Shown in pieces: positions 19,934-30,534 of a DNA stretch of 64,000 bases (position 1 is the first letter of the stretch; every line of letters starts with the position of its first letter). The position numbers were made by a program, and so were the translations under genes. The DNA is from Longimicrobiales bacterium (GTDB lineage: Bacteria; Gemmatimonadota; Gemmatimonadetes; Longimicrobiales; Gaopeijiaceae): NCBI GenBank assembly GCA_965238005.1, contig OZ250165.1:2400001-2464000 (forward strand), written 5' to 3'. The notes under the pieces were generated by a model. The model was not told the origin of the DNA. It worked only from the letters and a program-made list of their open reading frames with translations, and did not search any database.

Positions 19934-20518
19934 TCAGGCTTCACGCCCCCAGGGCCGGATGAAGTCTTCCGGATCGATCCCCAATCCATCCGCGATCCGC
20001 GTGATGTAGTTGAAGTAGGCCACGACCTGGGTGGCGTCGTGGATGGCCACGTCGTCGAAGCCGAGGGATCGAAGGTGATCCAGATGCGCAGGCGTGACGG
20101 TCCCCTGCTCGTGTGTCAGCCGGACGGCGTGTGCGCAGAGCGCCCGGTCGACCTCGGAGAGCGGCGCGCTGGCCCAGTCCCTGGCCACGGCGTGCACGAA
20201 GGCATCGGCCTCCTCGTCGGTGTCGAACATGTCCTGGACCTCTTCCCGGAGGTCGTGCGCGTGCGCAAGCGTTCAGTAGTGACAGTCAAGCTCCGCCGAG
20301 ACCACGGTGGCGAGCATCTCCCGTTGGACACGCGACAGCGGTGACGGTCCCTTCATGACCGCCTGGTAGAGCTCCATGCTGGCGTCCAAGGTCGGCGGGT
20401 TGGGGCTCATTATGCGAATGATGTTCCACACACGTCCTGCCCGCTTCACCGCCGCATCGTACTGCCGCTTCAGGATTCCGGTGGCTTCGGAAAGGGGAGT
20501 CAGGTGAATCCACGCCAT
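19934..20518 (-). CDS. AhpD/carboxymuconolactone decarboxylase-like protein with in-frame TGA (CHYU), probable selenoprotein
   Basis: ORFs 20273-20518 and 19934-20230 are in one frame: REMLATVVSAELDCHY-TGA-TLAHAHDLR...AYFNYITRIADGLG. Confidence 0.85.
20237..20254 (-). promoter_or_regulatory. SECIS-like hairpin
   Basis: GACCUC-CGGGAA-GAGGUC follows an 18-nt spacer after the UGA; G in loop position 2. Confidence 0.6.
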
Positions 20519-20527
20519 CTCTGTCGC

Positions 20528-21115
20528 TCAGCTAGAAGGGAAACCGTCGGACGCCAGGACGGCCTCCGCCTGGTTCAGGTGCCGCTTATCGTGCTCCACG
20601 AGAAGTCGAAGGGCGTCGCCGAGGCGGAAACGGATGAGCCCGCTGACGGGGGATCGTACTTTCGCTCGTCGGAGATCCACCCCCCGGCATCGTTCCACCA
20701 CCGATTTCATATGCGCCTGCTGCTCGATGAAGCGCTCCACGATCCCCGGTTCCACGTCGCCGCCGGCACCGGGTGCGGAAGGCTTGAACACGCTCGGAGC
20801 CTTGAACTTACGGGCCGAACCGGGACCCATCGCCGCGATGAATCGGGCGGCTACAGGGCCTCCTCGAAACCCCGCATCAGGGGTGGCCTTCTCGATCGCG
20901 CCGGCGAAGAGTCGGTCGATGCGCCCGATATAGAGACGGTTCGTGGTCACGAGATGCTCCAGGCACTCGCCGACGCTCCACGAGGCCGGAGCGGGTCGCC
21001 AGCCCAGCTGCTCGGTTGACAGGGAGGCGAATCGGGCTCTCGCCCGCTTCCCCAACGCATCGGAGTCCGCGGAGAGGCCCACGAGGTACTCCGAGGCCGA
21101 ACCCCACTTGGGCAT
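20528..21115 (-). CDS. DinB family protein
   Basis: WSVGECLEHL and H..RHL.QA His triad. Confidence 0.88.
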   Translation of the reverse strand: MPKWGSASEYLVGLSADSDALGKRARARFASLSTEQLGWRPAPASWSVGECLEHLVTTNRLYIGRIDRLFAGAIEKATPDAGFRGGPVAARFIAAMGPGSARKFKAPSVFKPSAPGAGGDVEPGIVERFIEQQAHMKSVVERCRGVDLRRAKVRSPVSGLIRFRLGDALRLLVEHDKRHLNQAEAVLASDGFPSS

Positions 21116-21129
21116 TTGTTCAGAGCCCC

Positions 21130-21593
21130 CTAGGTACCCAAGCGGCGTGTCTCTGGCCCGCGGCCACTCAGCACCGCCGCCTGATATCGATAGAAGCCGT
21201 AGAGGAGGACCGAGCCTGACAGCACCACGTTGATCAGGGACATCTGGTCGAACGGTCCCTCCAGCGGTTCCCCGCTCAAGATCGCTTCCGGCATGTTCCA
21301 GATCGGCAAGAGGATGGAGAGCATCAGCAGGAGAAGGTTCGTGGCACTCTCCCCTATTCCAACCCAAGGGGCGGCCGCCGGGCGGGCGTACGTGAGGGCG
21401 CCGCACAGCATCGCTCCGCCATAATACAAGAAGCGGAGATTCGAGTCCTCCAGAGCCGCCACTCGAAACGGCATGTCGAAGGCTACGTCGGCAAGGACGA
21501 AGGCCGGAGTGGCGAGGAGATAGGCGGCGATGAAGCCCCCGTGGCCGCCGGCCTCTTCAGCACCGAGGGCGCTCCCATGGAGTCGAGGCTCAC
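21130..21593 (-). pseudogene. Membrane protein with apparent frameshift at a G5 run (or sequencing error)
   Basis: Hydrophobic frame extends 5' of ATG 21474 with no start codon; starts at 21593/21578 are in another frame, joined at the run 21536-21540. Confidence 0.5.
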
Positions 21594-21627
21594 CCGTCGC
21601 TCGTCCCGCTCGGAAGCCCGTGGCCGC

Positions 21628-22323
21628 TCAAGCGAGACCCATCAGCATGGTAAGGGTTTCCAGGTCGGGCACCTTCAGGTCTGGCTCGGCTGTGGCCGCT
21701 GCGGTGGCGCCGGAGCCCGCCTTGCCCGCCCGACGATTCACCCACACGCACGACAGTCCCAGCTCACGTGCGGGACCGATGTCGTGATAGAGGCTCTGAG
21801 CCACGTGCAGGATCCCGTCCGGGCCGTGGCCCAGTCGCTCGAAAGCCGCCGAGAAGTTCTCGAGCGACAGCTTGTAGGAGCCGACCTGCTGGGCCGTCAC
21901 CACCTCGTCGAACTCGACGGGCAGCCTCTGAGCGCTGTGCGCGAAGAGGTCGTCGTCGATATTCGAGATCACGGCCAGACGGTAACGACTCTTGAGCGTC
22001 TGGAGGGCGTCCACGGTGTCCTCGAAGAGAGGCCACTCGCTGATCGACTCTGCCAGAGACTCGCGCTCCTCCACAGACGGCTTGAAGCCCAGGGCCTCTC
22101 CGAAATCGTCGACCACTTCCGCCAGAATCTCTCGATATGGGCGGTACTCCTCCGCCTCCACCGCAGACTCAATCCTGCCGAAGATCGTCAGCACCTCCTC
22201 GTCTTCCACGGTCAGGCCGTGACTGACGAGGATGGGCTGCAAGGCCGAGATGATACCCGACTCCCAGTCGATGAGAGTCCCGTAGCAGTCGAAGGTGAGG
22301 CTGTCGAAGGCGTCGAAGTTCAT
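21628..22323 (-). CDS. Haloacid dehalogenase type II (HAD family)
   Basis: TFDCYGTLIDWE, SN.D, SYK, HVAQSLYHD motifs. Confidence 0.9.
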   Translation of the reverse strand: MNFDAFDSLTFDCYGTLIDWESGIISALQPILVSHGLTVEDEEVLTIFGRIESAVEAEEYRPYREILAEVVDDFGEALGFKPSVEERESLAESISEWPLFEDTVDALQTLKSRYRLAVISNIDDDLFAHSAQRLPVEFDEVVTAQQVGSYKLSLENFSAAFERLGHGPDGILHVAQSLYHDIGPARELGLSCVWVNRRAGKAGSGATAAATAEPDLKVPDLETLTMLMGLA

Positions 22324-22348
22324 GGACGGTCGGCGTTTCGGGGAGCGT

Positions 22349-22561
22349 TCACCGATTCCGCCGCCGGGCCACGGCCGCGCCGATCATCGGACCGATGAGG
22401 CCGCCCACGGTGGCCCCGATGACCGTCATCACCGCAATGGGATTCAGATGCTGAAGAAACGGGCCGCCATTGGCCAGAGATCGGTAGATACTGAGAGCGG
22501 CGAACAGACCGCCGCCCCATGCCACCCCGAGGATCGTCCAGCGCAGCGTGGACTTTGACAT
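22349..22561 (-). CDS. Small two-TM membrane protein
   Basis: GAGG RBS; two hydrophobic helices and a basic tail. Confidence 0.6.
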   Translation of the reverse strand: MSKSTLRWTILGVAWGGGLFAALSIYRSLANGGPFLQHLNPIAVMTVIGATVGGLIGPMIGAAVARRRNR

Positions 22562-22593
22562 CGGACCCTCTCCGGACCCCGTGGCGTGACCGT

Positions 22594-24135
22594 TCATTCC
22601 TCGGCAGCCTCCGGCGGATGCCAGTCCAAGACCCCATTGAGGATGCGCACCGCATGCTCGGGCACGCCATCCAGCTCTACCTCCAGACCGCCGTCCTGAG
22701 CCTCGTCCATCAGCTCCCTCAACACCAAGGCTCCCGTGAAGTCGATGCGGCCAAGTCCTCCCAAGTGCAGGATCAGCCTGGTGGCCTCGCGAGCCTGGGC
22801 CACCTGCTCCGCAGCCATCTGCTCCAGGTATGCTGCCGACCCGAACCACAGCACGCCCTTCGGCTTCAGATGCACCCCCCGGGCATCGGTCCAGGACTCG
22901 ACACCGGGCTTTAGCTCCCGCCAGATATGAACCGCCACCGCCGCCAGGATGCCCAGGACCACTGCCTGCTCGATGTGCGGCGCCAGCCACAGGGTGAGCA
23001 CGAACGTGATCCACCCGACGGCCGCCTGCGGGCGTGACATGCTCCAGAGGGAGGCGAGGGGCAGCAGACGAATGAGGGGAGCCACCGCCGCGATGACGAT
23101 GGCGCTCAAGATCGCCCTCGGCAGCGGCGCGAGAATCTGCGCGAAGGGTAGGAAGACGAGAACCGCGAGTCCGGTGGCTGCGCCGCTCCAGCGCGTGTGG
23201 GCTCCGGAGAGATAGTTCAGGCTGCTTCGGGAAAAGGACCCCCCGACGGGGAACCCGCCGAAGAGGCCGGCCGCCACGTTGGCGGCCCCCTGGCTAACAA
23301 ACTCCCTGTCCGGACTCCAGGGCATGCGTTCCTTCGTGGCGTAGACCCGGGCGATGGACGCCGCCTCGGCAAAGCCTACCAAGGCAATCACGAATCCGGG
23401 GAGAACGAGGACCGGTAGGCTCCTCCACGGGAGGTCGAGACTTAGGGATGGCAGGCCCACCCGGATATCCCCTACTCGGGGACCTGTATACCCGGTCACG
23501 ACGGAGAACGCCAAACCCACGACCGTGGCGATGAGGACTCCGGGCATCAAAGGATGAACGCGATGTCCCAGGAGAATCACGGCCACGGTCGCCGCCGAGA
23601 GGACGACTGCGGCGGCCTCCCAGGAACCCGGATGGGCAAGCGTCCAGAACGCCCGCTGAAGCACTCCGTCACTAGGGGCCAGGACGCCGGCTGCCCCGGG
23701 AAGCTGCGAGCTGATGATCAGGATCGACGCCCCCGAGGTGAAGCCGTCGAGCATGGGCCTGGACATCATGTAGGAGATCCACCCGCCCTTGAAAGCGCCA
23801 ACCATGACGCGGGCGATCCCCACTACCAGGGCCAGAAGCGCCGCCAGGCGTACGTACTCGGCCGAGCCCGGCCCGGCCAGAGGGATGAGGGCACCCAACG
23901 TGAGTAGAGCCGTCACCGCCACGGGACCGGTCTGGAGGTAGGGCGACGAAGCGAAGAACCCCGCGGCAATGGGCGCCACCGCGGCCGCGAAGAGCCCGTG
24001 CCGACTGGGAAGGCCGGCCAGCTCCGCGTATGCCATGGCCTGGGGAATCAGCACCAGGGCCACGCCCACGCCCGACACGAAGTCCCTCGCGGAAGGCCTC
24101 GGGACAGCCGTCACGCCGGCACCCCCACCGCCCAT
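22594..24135 (-). CDS. SulP family anion transporter with STAS domain
   Basis: LIPQAMAYA.LAGLP, GSFSRS, C-terminal STAS (IDFTG). Confidence 0.92.
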   Translation of the reverse strand: MGGGGAGVTAVPRPSARDFVSGVGVALVLIPQAMAYAELAGLPSRHGLFAAAVAPIAAGFFASSPYLQTGPVAVTALLTLGALIPLAGPGSAEYVRLAALLALVVGIARVMVGAFKGGWISYMMSRPMLDGFTSGASILIISSQLPGAAGVLAPSDGVLQRAFWTLAHPGSWEAAAVVLSAATVAVILLGHRVHPLMPGVLIATVVGLAFSVVTGYTGPRVGDIRVGLPSLSLDLPWRSLPVLVLPGFVIALVGFAEAASIARVYATKERMPWSPDREFVSQGAANVAAGLFGGFPVGGSFSRSSLNYLSGAHTRWSGAATGLAVLVFLPFAQILAPLPRAILSAIVIAAVAPLIRLLPLASLWSMSRPQAAVGWITFVLTLWLAPHIEQAVVLGILAAVAVHIWRELKPGVESWTDARGVHLKPKGVLWFGSAAYLEQMAAEQVAQAREATRLILHLGGLGRIDFTGALVLRELMDEAQDGGLEVELDGVPEHAVRILNGVLDWHPPEAAEE

Positions 24136-24324
24136 ACTGGCGCGTCGCTCTTGAGGCCCGATCGCGTCTGGGTCTCCATGTCACTCCGGTTCGGGTGCAG
24201 ACGGCTTTCGGCGGCGGATCATAAGCCTACGTCAGGCCCGCGAACAGGTGGGATCGCACCGGCACAGACGGATCGGCCGGCACCCCGATCGGAGTGGTTC
24301 TCGAAAGGCGCCACCCAGGGCCGA

Positions 24325-25668
24325 TCAGAAGCGATTGTTCACCACGTTGTTGAAGATGGAGCCGAACTGATAGCTGAACCCTGCCCGGATATCGATGTCG
24401 AAGGAGCTGGGTCGCTCGAGTCTTCGGAGGAGGATCTCCTCGTCGGTGAGTCCCTCGGCGGCGAGGAAGATCTGATCACGGATCCGCTCTGCCCCGCCCC
24501 CGACGTTGAACCGCAGACCCCGAAACAGTCTCACGCTGAGATTCCCGTCGAGCTCCATGCTGTTCTGGGAGAAGTCGTCGAGGAAGGAGGACGCTTCCAG
24601 GCTCAGGCGGGAATCGCCCCACTCCTGGCGTTGGCGGAGTGAAACCTCGAAGCGATGACCCGGACGGGTCTCCGTGGTCTTACCGAAGATGGTCTCCTCT
24701 TCCCAGTCGAAGTACTGGATACCCGCCCGGTAGACGAAGATCAACGACCGCCGAGGCGCCTCTTCGTACGGCCACACGCTGTATTCGATGCCGGGCTCCA
24801 CATCGATCCCGATGTCTTGATTCGAGCGGGTGGAGGAGCTGGCACGAGATCCGATCCCTACCGACCAGTGCTCAGCCAGGGAGTAGACGAGCTGCTGGGT
24901 CACGTTCCAGTCGGCACGGGTGTCGACGAAGGTCGAGCTGTCGTTGAGCTCGAACTTATCCCGCCTGAAACTACCGTTCCCGCGGAAGCTGAACTTCCAC
25001 GTCGTGGTGGTGCGGCTGGCCGAGAAGTTACCCCTGATCCTTCCCGAGTTTTCGGACGATTCGGCGCTGTAGTTGCCGCTCATCCCCGCGTTGAAGACCC
25101 AGAAGTCCCAGGGATCCTCCACCTCGTCTCCAGTCACTAGCCGGTCCGTGAGATCTCGCGCCTCGTCCGTGCGCCGCACCCGCAGTCCCTCGCCCGCTCC
25201 GGCCAGAACGGAGTAACGGGCCAGCCCCACGGCCATCACCTGGGAGATGCCACGTCGTACCTCCTCCGACGTGTCGGTACCGAGGGACATGTAGGTGAGC
25301 CGATCTTCCTGTCCCGCCAGCTCCTCGAGCCCGACGAAGTCCAACCCATGCTCGTTTCCACCGCTGGCGTTGCGCTGGCTGGTCATGATCAGGTGGACCT
25401 GGGCCAAGGTCCGGTCCCGGACCCAATTCACCCAGTCGATCTCGGTCCGGTAGTAGCGGAAGTCGCAGTTACGGCCCGAACAGTCGAAGAAGACGCGGAG
25501 GGCCGCCGATGTCCGAATCCCAGGAGGAGCGTCGGGCTCCTGGGCCCAACCGGGCGAAGGCTGGAGGGCGATGATGAGGAGCGCAGTGAGGTTGAGAGCG
25601 ATACCGCACAGGAGCCTCGACGCCGCACTCCTCGGGCGGGTCGGGTGTCCCACTTTCTTGTGGCTCAT
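24325..25668 (-). CDS. Putative outer-membrane beta-barrel protein
   Basis: Signal peptide, amphipathic beta strands, ends FGSIFNNVVNNRF. Confidence 0.75.
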   Translation of the reverse strand: MSHKKVGHPTRPRSAASRLLCGIALNLTALLIIALQPSPGWAQEPDAPPGIRTSAALRVFFDCSGRNCDFRYYRTEIDWVNWVRDRTLAQVHLIMTSQRNASGGNEHGLDFVGLEELAGQEDRLTYMSLGTDTSEEVRRGISQVMAVGLARYSVLAGAGEGLRVRRTDEARDLTDRLVTGDEVEDPWDFWVFNAGMSGNYSAESSENSGRIRGNFSASRTTTTWKFSFRGNGSFRRDKFELNDSSTFVDTRADWNVTQQLVYSLAEHWSVGIGSRASSSTRSNQDIGIDVEPGIEYSVWPYEEAPRRSLIFVYRAGIQYFDWEEETIFGKTTETRPGHRFEVSLRQRQEWGDSRLSLEASSFLDDFSQNSMELDGNLSVRLFRGLRFNVGGGAERIRDQIFLAAEGLTDEEILLRRLERPSSFDIDIRAGFSYQFGSIFNNVVNNRF

Positions 25669-25850
25669 CCCGCTCCCAATCTATCCCTCAACCCTGAGGG
25701 TCGAAGCCTGAGCGTCGAAGCTCGGGTCTGACGACACCGTTCGGGTGCTCATGCGAACATCCCGTGATTACCCAATGGACACAGTCACGGCCCAAACCGT
25801 TGAGGAGACGCCTCCGGCGGGCGCCCACATCCCAACCCGCGGCACCCCCC

Positions 25851-28800
25851 CTACTCGGGCTGGGGCGTGAGTCCACCCGTGGGTCCCAGCGGATCGGAAA
25901 GCCTTTGGGAACGCACCGTCGCCGGCTGAGGCTCCGTGACGGGTCCGCCCGGGCTGACTGCCCATTCTACGTCGACGGCATCCTCGACGACCTCGGACGC
26001 CTCTTCTACCTCGACTTCTTCTGGGTGCGTGTAATGCCGCTTGAAGAAGTCGGTGAGGTCGTCGACGATGGAGTAGAGCACGGGCACCAGAATCAGCGTG
26101 AGGAACGTGGCGAACAGAATCCCCACGATGACCGCGATGGCCATGGGGCCCCACCAGGCGGCTTGCTCACCGCCCCAGTAGAGCTCCGGCTCGAGGCTCG
26201 TGTAGAGCCCGAAGAAATCGAAGTTGAGCCCGATGGCCAGGGGGATCAGGCCTAAAGCCGTGGTGACGGCGGTCAGGACCACCGGCCGGAACCGCACATG
26301 ACCACCCCGGACCAGCGCTTCGCGCCGGTCCATGCCGTCCCTGGTACGCAGAACGTCGATGTAGTCGATGAGGATGATGGCGTTGTTCACCACGATCCCG
26401 GCCAACGAGATGATCCCCACTCCAGTCATGATGATGCCGAACGGCATCCGGAAGATCATGAGCCCTAGGAAGACGCCGGCAGTCGACATGAAGACCGATG
26501 TGAGGATGATCACCGGCTTGACCACCGAGTTGAACTGGGTCACCAGGATCAGCCCGATGAGCATCACCGCTCCCAAGAACGCACTCTTGAGGAATGCGGC
26601 GGCCTCGTCCTGATCCTGTGACTGGCCGGTGTATTGCACCCGGTAGCCCACGGGCAGCTCGTTGGCGTCAAAGTCGGCCAAAACTTGCTGCACCTCGGCC
26701 AGGACTGCGTTGCTGTTCAGGCCGCCTCTCACGTCGGAGCTGATGGGGGCCATGCGCGTCTGGTCCTTCCGACGGATGCTGCCGTAGCCGTCTGCTACCT
26801 CCCACTTCGCCACCGACAGAAGGGGGATCTGTGTGCCCTCGTTCATGACCGTCAGGTCACGCAAAGCCTCGAGCTCGCCGCGGTATTCCTCGGCCAGGCG
26901 GACCACGATGTCGTACTCGTCGTTGCCCGTACGGTACTTCGCCGCCTCGATTCCCTGGATCGCTCCACGGATGGCAATCCCCACGTCACGGCTCGAGACG
27001 CCGTAGAGGGCGGCCTTTTCACGGTCCACCGAGACGGAGAGCTCGGGTCGGGCCTCGTCCAGGTCACTCTCCAAGCCCACCAGCTTGGCGTAGACCGGAT
27101 CGTCTTCCAGGATCGCCAGGACCCTGTCGGACAGCTCCTTGAGGGTTCCGGCGTCTTCTCCAATGATCTCGATATTCACCGGGGCGCCCTGGGACGGACC
27201 CTCATCCATCTGGTCGACGGTGATGTCGGCTCCGGCGATGTCCGTCCCCAAGGACGCCTGCATGGCGCTCAGAAGGTCGAAGGCGTCGTACTCCTGGTCT
27301 GCGAACTCCACCATGCTGACCGTCACGCGACCGGCGTCGGGACCCGAAGCTCCTCCTCCCATGACAGCCGCTCCGCCCGAGCCGCCCACGGTGGCCACCA
27401 TGGATTTGGCGTCGGAGATGCCCGGTACGGTCAGGATCTCGGATTCCAGCCGCCTGGCGATGGCGTCGGTGGCCTCGGCGCGACTCCCCGCCGGGAGATC
27501 GATGTCCACCAGGATCTCCTTCGGCGGTATGTCCTCTGGGAAGTACTCCACCCCGGCGTTGAAGCGGCCGAAGAGCATGAGCGTCACCACCAGGCCCACC
27601 CCCGAACCGAGGAGCACCAAGGCCCTGTGGTCCAGGGCCCAACCCAGCCGCCCCTCGTAGGTCCTGATTACACGGGGCAACAAGGAGTGCTGGAACCGGC
27701 TCGCTACTCCGACGATGAGATAGTGGTTCAGGGCCCAGAGGAGCGCCACCGTGGCAGCGAGCAGGACGGCCGTGAGCACGTTGTTCGCCGCGAAGATCAG
27801 CAAGAGCATCGCGGCCCCACCGATGAACGTCCAGCGCGCGGCAGGCCTGAAGCGCGGCGCGGGATCGTCCTCGAGGCGCAGGAACATGGCACACAGGGTC
27901 GGAATGATCACGAGCGCCACGAACAGCGAGCTCGACAGCGCGATGATCAGGGTCAAGGGCATGAACTTCATGAACTCGCCCACCTGTCCCGGCCAGAACA
28001 GGAGCGGTGCGAAGGCCGCCAGGGTGGTTAGTGTCGCCGCGATGACGGGCATGGCCACCTCCCCCGTGGCCTTCTTGGCTGCCACCCGGCGGTCCCAGCC
28101 TTCCTCCACATATCGGTAGATGTTCTCAACGACGACGATGGCGTTGTCCACCAGCATGCCCAGCGCCAGGATCAACGAGAACAGGACCACCATGTTCAGC
28201 GTCGTGCCCGTCAGCTGAAGAATGACGAACGAGAGCAGCATCGAGGTCGGGATCGAGATGGCCACGAAGAGCGAGGTGCCGGCTCCGAGGAAGAAGAGCA
28301 GCACCACGATGATGAGGATGAGGCCCGAGATGATGTTGTTCTCGAGGCTGCCCACCATGTCCGCGATCTGTATCGACTGATCGGAAGTGATCTTCACGAC
28401 GGTCGTGGGAGGCAGCTCCGGCTCCATCTCGCGGATGACTTCCTTCACGAGCTCGGACGTCTCGATGATATTCCGGCCCGAGCGCTTCACCACGTCCAGG
28501 GTCACCACCGGTGACTGGTCCAGGCGCGCATAGCTGTCACGCTCCTTGAAGCCGAACTCCACGTCGGCGATGTCGCGGACGTAGATGGGCCGGTCCGCCT
28601 TCATCGCCACCACAATGTCCTCGATGACCGCCGGATCGTCGAACTCGCCATCCACTCGGACCAGGTACTTGAAGGTGCCCACATCGATGGAGCCACCGGG
28701 AATGTTGACGTTCTCATCACGGATGGCGTCGATGAGATCCATGATCTCCAGCCCGTAGAACTGGAGGCGGTCGAGATGGACGTCCACCTTCACCTCTCTC

Positions 28801-29417
28801 TCCAGTCCGCCCCGCACGTCCGCCCGGAGGACCGACGGAATCTGCTCCAGCCGGTCCTGAAGCTCCTCCGCGATCTCTTTGAGCCGGACGACGCCGTACT
28901 TCCCGGAGAGGTTCACCTGCATGACCGGGAACTGGGAGAAGTCGAATTCCATGATCGATGGGTCCTCGGCTTCCGCCGGCAGGTCCGGCTTGGCCAGGTC
29001 CACCTTCTCGCGGACCTTCTGGAGCGCCTCTTCCAGGTTCACCGTGGACTCGAACTCGGCGACGATGCTGGAGTAGCCCTCCACCGACGTCGAAGTGAGC
29101 TCCTTGATGTCGGAGATGGTGGACAGCTCGTCCTCTAGAGGCCGCGTGATCAGGCTCTCGATATCTGCCGGAGACACTCCGCGGTAGATCGTGTTCACGG
29201 CGATCAGGGGGATCTCGATTTCAGGGAACGACTCCCTCGGAATCGTCCGGTACGCGAGCGACCCGCCTATCATGATGAACGCGAAGAGCACCAGCACGCT
29301 GGTCTGGTGGTCCACGGCCGCGCTCGTCGCCCGGAACTCCTTGAATCGGGCCAGGAATCCGGCGTCCTGCCGCTCGTCCAGGTCGCCGTCCTTATGTCCG
29401 TCCGTAGGCTTGATCAT
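25851..29417 (-). CDS. RND efflux transporter permease (AcrB family)
   Basis: GMLVDNAIVV, GIVVNNAIILID, RFRPV.LT motifs. Confidence 0.95.
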   Translation of the reverse strand: MIKPTDGHKDGDLDERQDAGFLARFKEFRATSAAVDHQTSVLVLFAFIMIGGSLAYRTIPRESFPEIEIPLIAVNTIYRGVSPADIESLITRPLEDELSTISDIKELTSTSVEGYSSIVAEFESTVNLEEALQKVREKVDLAKPDLPAEAEDPSIMEFDFSQFPVMQVNLSGKYGVVRLKEIAEELQDRLEQIPSVLRADVRGGLEREVKVDVHLDRLQFYGLEIMDLIDAIRDENVNIPGGSIDVGTFKYLVRVDGEFDDPAVIEDIVVAMKADRPIYVRDIADVEFGFKERDSYARLDQSPVVTLDVVKRSGRNIIETSELVKEVIREMEPELPPTTVVKITSDQSIQIADMVGSLENNIISGLILIIVVLLFFLGAGTSLFVAISIPTSMLLSFVILQLTGTTLNMVVLFSLILALGMLVDNAIVVVENIYRYVEEGWDRRVAAKKATGEVAMPVIAATLTTLAAFAPLLFWPGQVGEFMKFMPLTLIIALSSSLFVALVIIPTLCAMFLRLEDDPAPRFRPAARWTFIGGAAMLLLIFAANNVLTAVLLAATVALLWALNHYLIVGVASRFQHSLLPRVIRTYEGRLGWALDHRALVLLGSGVGLVVTLMLFGRFNAGVEYFPEDIPPKEILVDIDLPAGSRAEATDAIARRLESEILTVPGISDAKSMVATVGGSGGAAVMGGGASGPDAGRVTVSMVEFADQEYDAFDLLSAMQASLGTDIAGADITVDQMDEGPSQGAPVNIEIIGEDAGTLKELSDRVLAILEDDPVYAKLVGLESDLDEARPELSVSVDREKAALYGVSSRDVGIAIRGAIQGIEAAKYRTGNDEYDIVVRLAEEYRGELEALRDLTVMNEGTQIPLLSVAKWEVADGYGSIRRKDQTRMAPISSDVRGGLNSNAVLAEVQQVLADFDANELPVGYRVQYTGQSQDQDEAAAFLKSAFLGAVMLIGLILVTQFNSVVKPVIILTSVFMSTAGVFLGLMIFRMPFGIIMTGVGIISLAGIVVNNAIILIDYIDVLRTRDGMDRREALVRGGHVRFRPVVLTAVTTALGLIPLAIGLNFDFFGLYTSLEPELYWGGEQAAWWGPMAIAVIVGILFATFLTLILVPVLYSIVDDLTDFFKRHYTHPEEVEVEEASEVVEDAVDVEWAVSPGGPVTEPQPATVRSQRLSDPLGPTGGLTPQPE

Positions 29418-29430
29418 GTCTCTCAGGTCC

Positions 29431-30534
29431 TCACCTCGTCCCGACCACGTTCACGCGGTCCCCAGCCGACACCTGCTGCTGGCCCACCACGATGAGCCGA
29501 TCCCCAGACTCCAAGCCGCTCTCGATCACCACGCCGTTCTGCTGGCTGGGACCGACCTCGACGCTCCTGGAGACCACCACGCTCTCCTCGCCGGTGCCCT
29601 CCACCACGAAGGCCACATATCCGTCCTCGACCCGCACCAGGGCTTCCTGGGGAATCACCAGAGCGTCGGCCAAGGTCCTACGGACCACGGAGACGTTCGC
29701 CACCATCTCCGGCTTGATCACTCCGTCCGGATTGGCCGTCTCGAGCTCGATGAGGAAGGTACGATTCCTCGGATTGACCGTGGCGCCCACGTAGCTGATG
29801 GTGCCTTCGATCGAGATCTCAAGGACGTCGAAGAAGACCGTCGCCGAAGCACCCACCACAACGTCCGCGGCGTATCGCTCCGGCACGCCCGCGGCCACCT
29901 TGATCGGGTCGAGTGAGACCACGCGTGCCACGTCCGTTCCGGCGTTCACCATGGTCCCTACCTCGACCATGCGCGTTTCGAGCACACCGGAGATCGGTGC
30001 TCGGATCACCGTATGCCCCAGACGGGTTTCCAGCATCGACAGGCGAGCCGCCGTCTGCGCCGCGTTGTACTTCGCCTCCAGATACGCCAGCTCGGAGCCT
30101 ACCTGATCCTCCTCATAGAGGCGCTTGCGGCGCTCCCAGGTCTCGCTCCCCAGGGCCGCCTGGGCCGTGGCCTCTTGCACCTGGCTCTTGAGGATGTCGT
30201 CGTCTATCTGAAAGAGCTGCTGGCCCGCCTTCACGGCGCTGCCCTTGTCCACAAGAATGTGGCGGATGACCCCCGACTCCTGTGCCGAGATCGTCACGTC
30301 CTGATCGGCCAGGACCATGCCCGTAAGGCGAATGAGCTCCACGAACTCCTGTCTCTCGACGGTGGTCGTCTCCACGTTGATGACCCGGGCCGTCCCCTCG
30401 ACGAGCACCCCGTCGTTCCCGCCGGCTACGGCATCGGCATCACCACCGCACGAAGCTGCCCCGGCGAGGAGCGCCACCGACAGGCCTCCTCTGAGCCGAG
30501 CTTGTATCGTCATCGCTTGTCGAGCCTCCCTCAT
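29431..30534 (-). CDS. RND membrane fusion protein
   Basis: Lipobox-like AASC, IRAPISG, V.IP..A, GL..GD; start 30534 or 30513. Confidence 0.93.
   Translation of the reverse strand: MREARQAMTIQARLRGGLSVALLAGAASCGGDADAVAGGNDGVLVEGTARVINVETTTVERQEFVELIRLTGMVLADQDVTISAQESGVIRHILVDKGSAVKAGQQLFQIDDDILKSQVQEATAQAALGSETWERRKRLYEEDQVGSELAYLEAKYNAAQTAARLSMLETRLGHTVIRAPISGVLETRMVEVGTMVNAGTDVARVVSLDPIKVAAGVPERYAADVVVGASATVFFDVLEISIEGTISYVGATVNPRNRTFLIELETANPDGVIKPEMVANVSVVRRTLADALVIPQEALVRVEDGYVAFVVEGTGEESVVVSRSVEVGPSQQNGVVIESGLESGDRLIVVGQQQVSAGDRVNVVGTR

Noticed and set aside
21474..21630. Stop read-through from the HAD gene into the membrane protein (in-frame TGA)
   Set aside because: HAD is complete at its stop, there is no redox motif, and a frameshift explains the downstream gene more simply.
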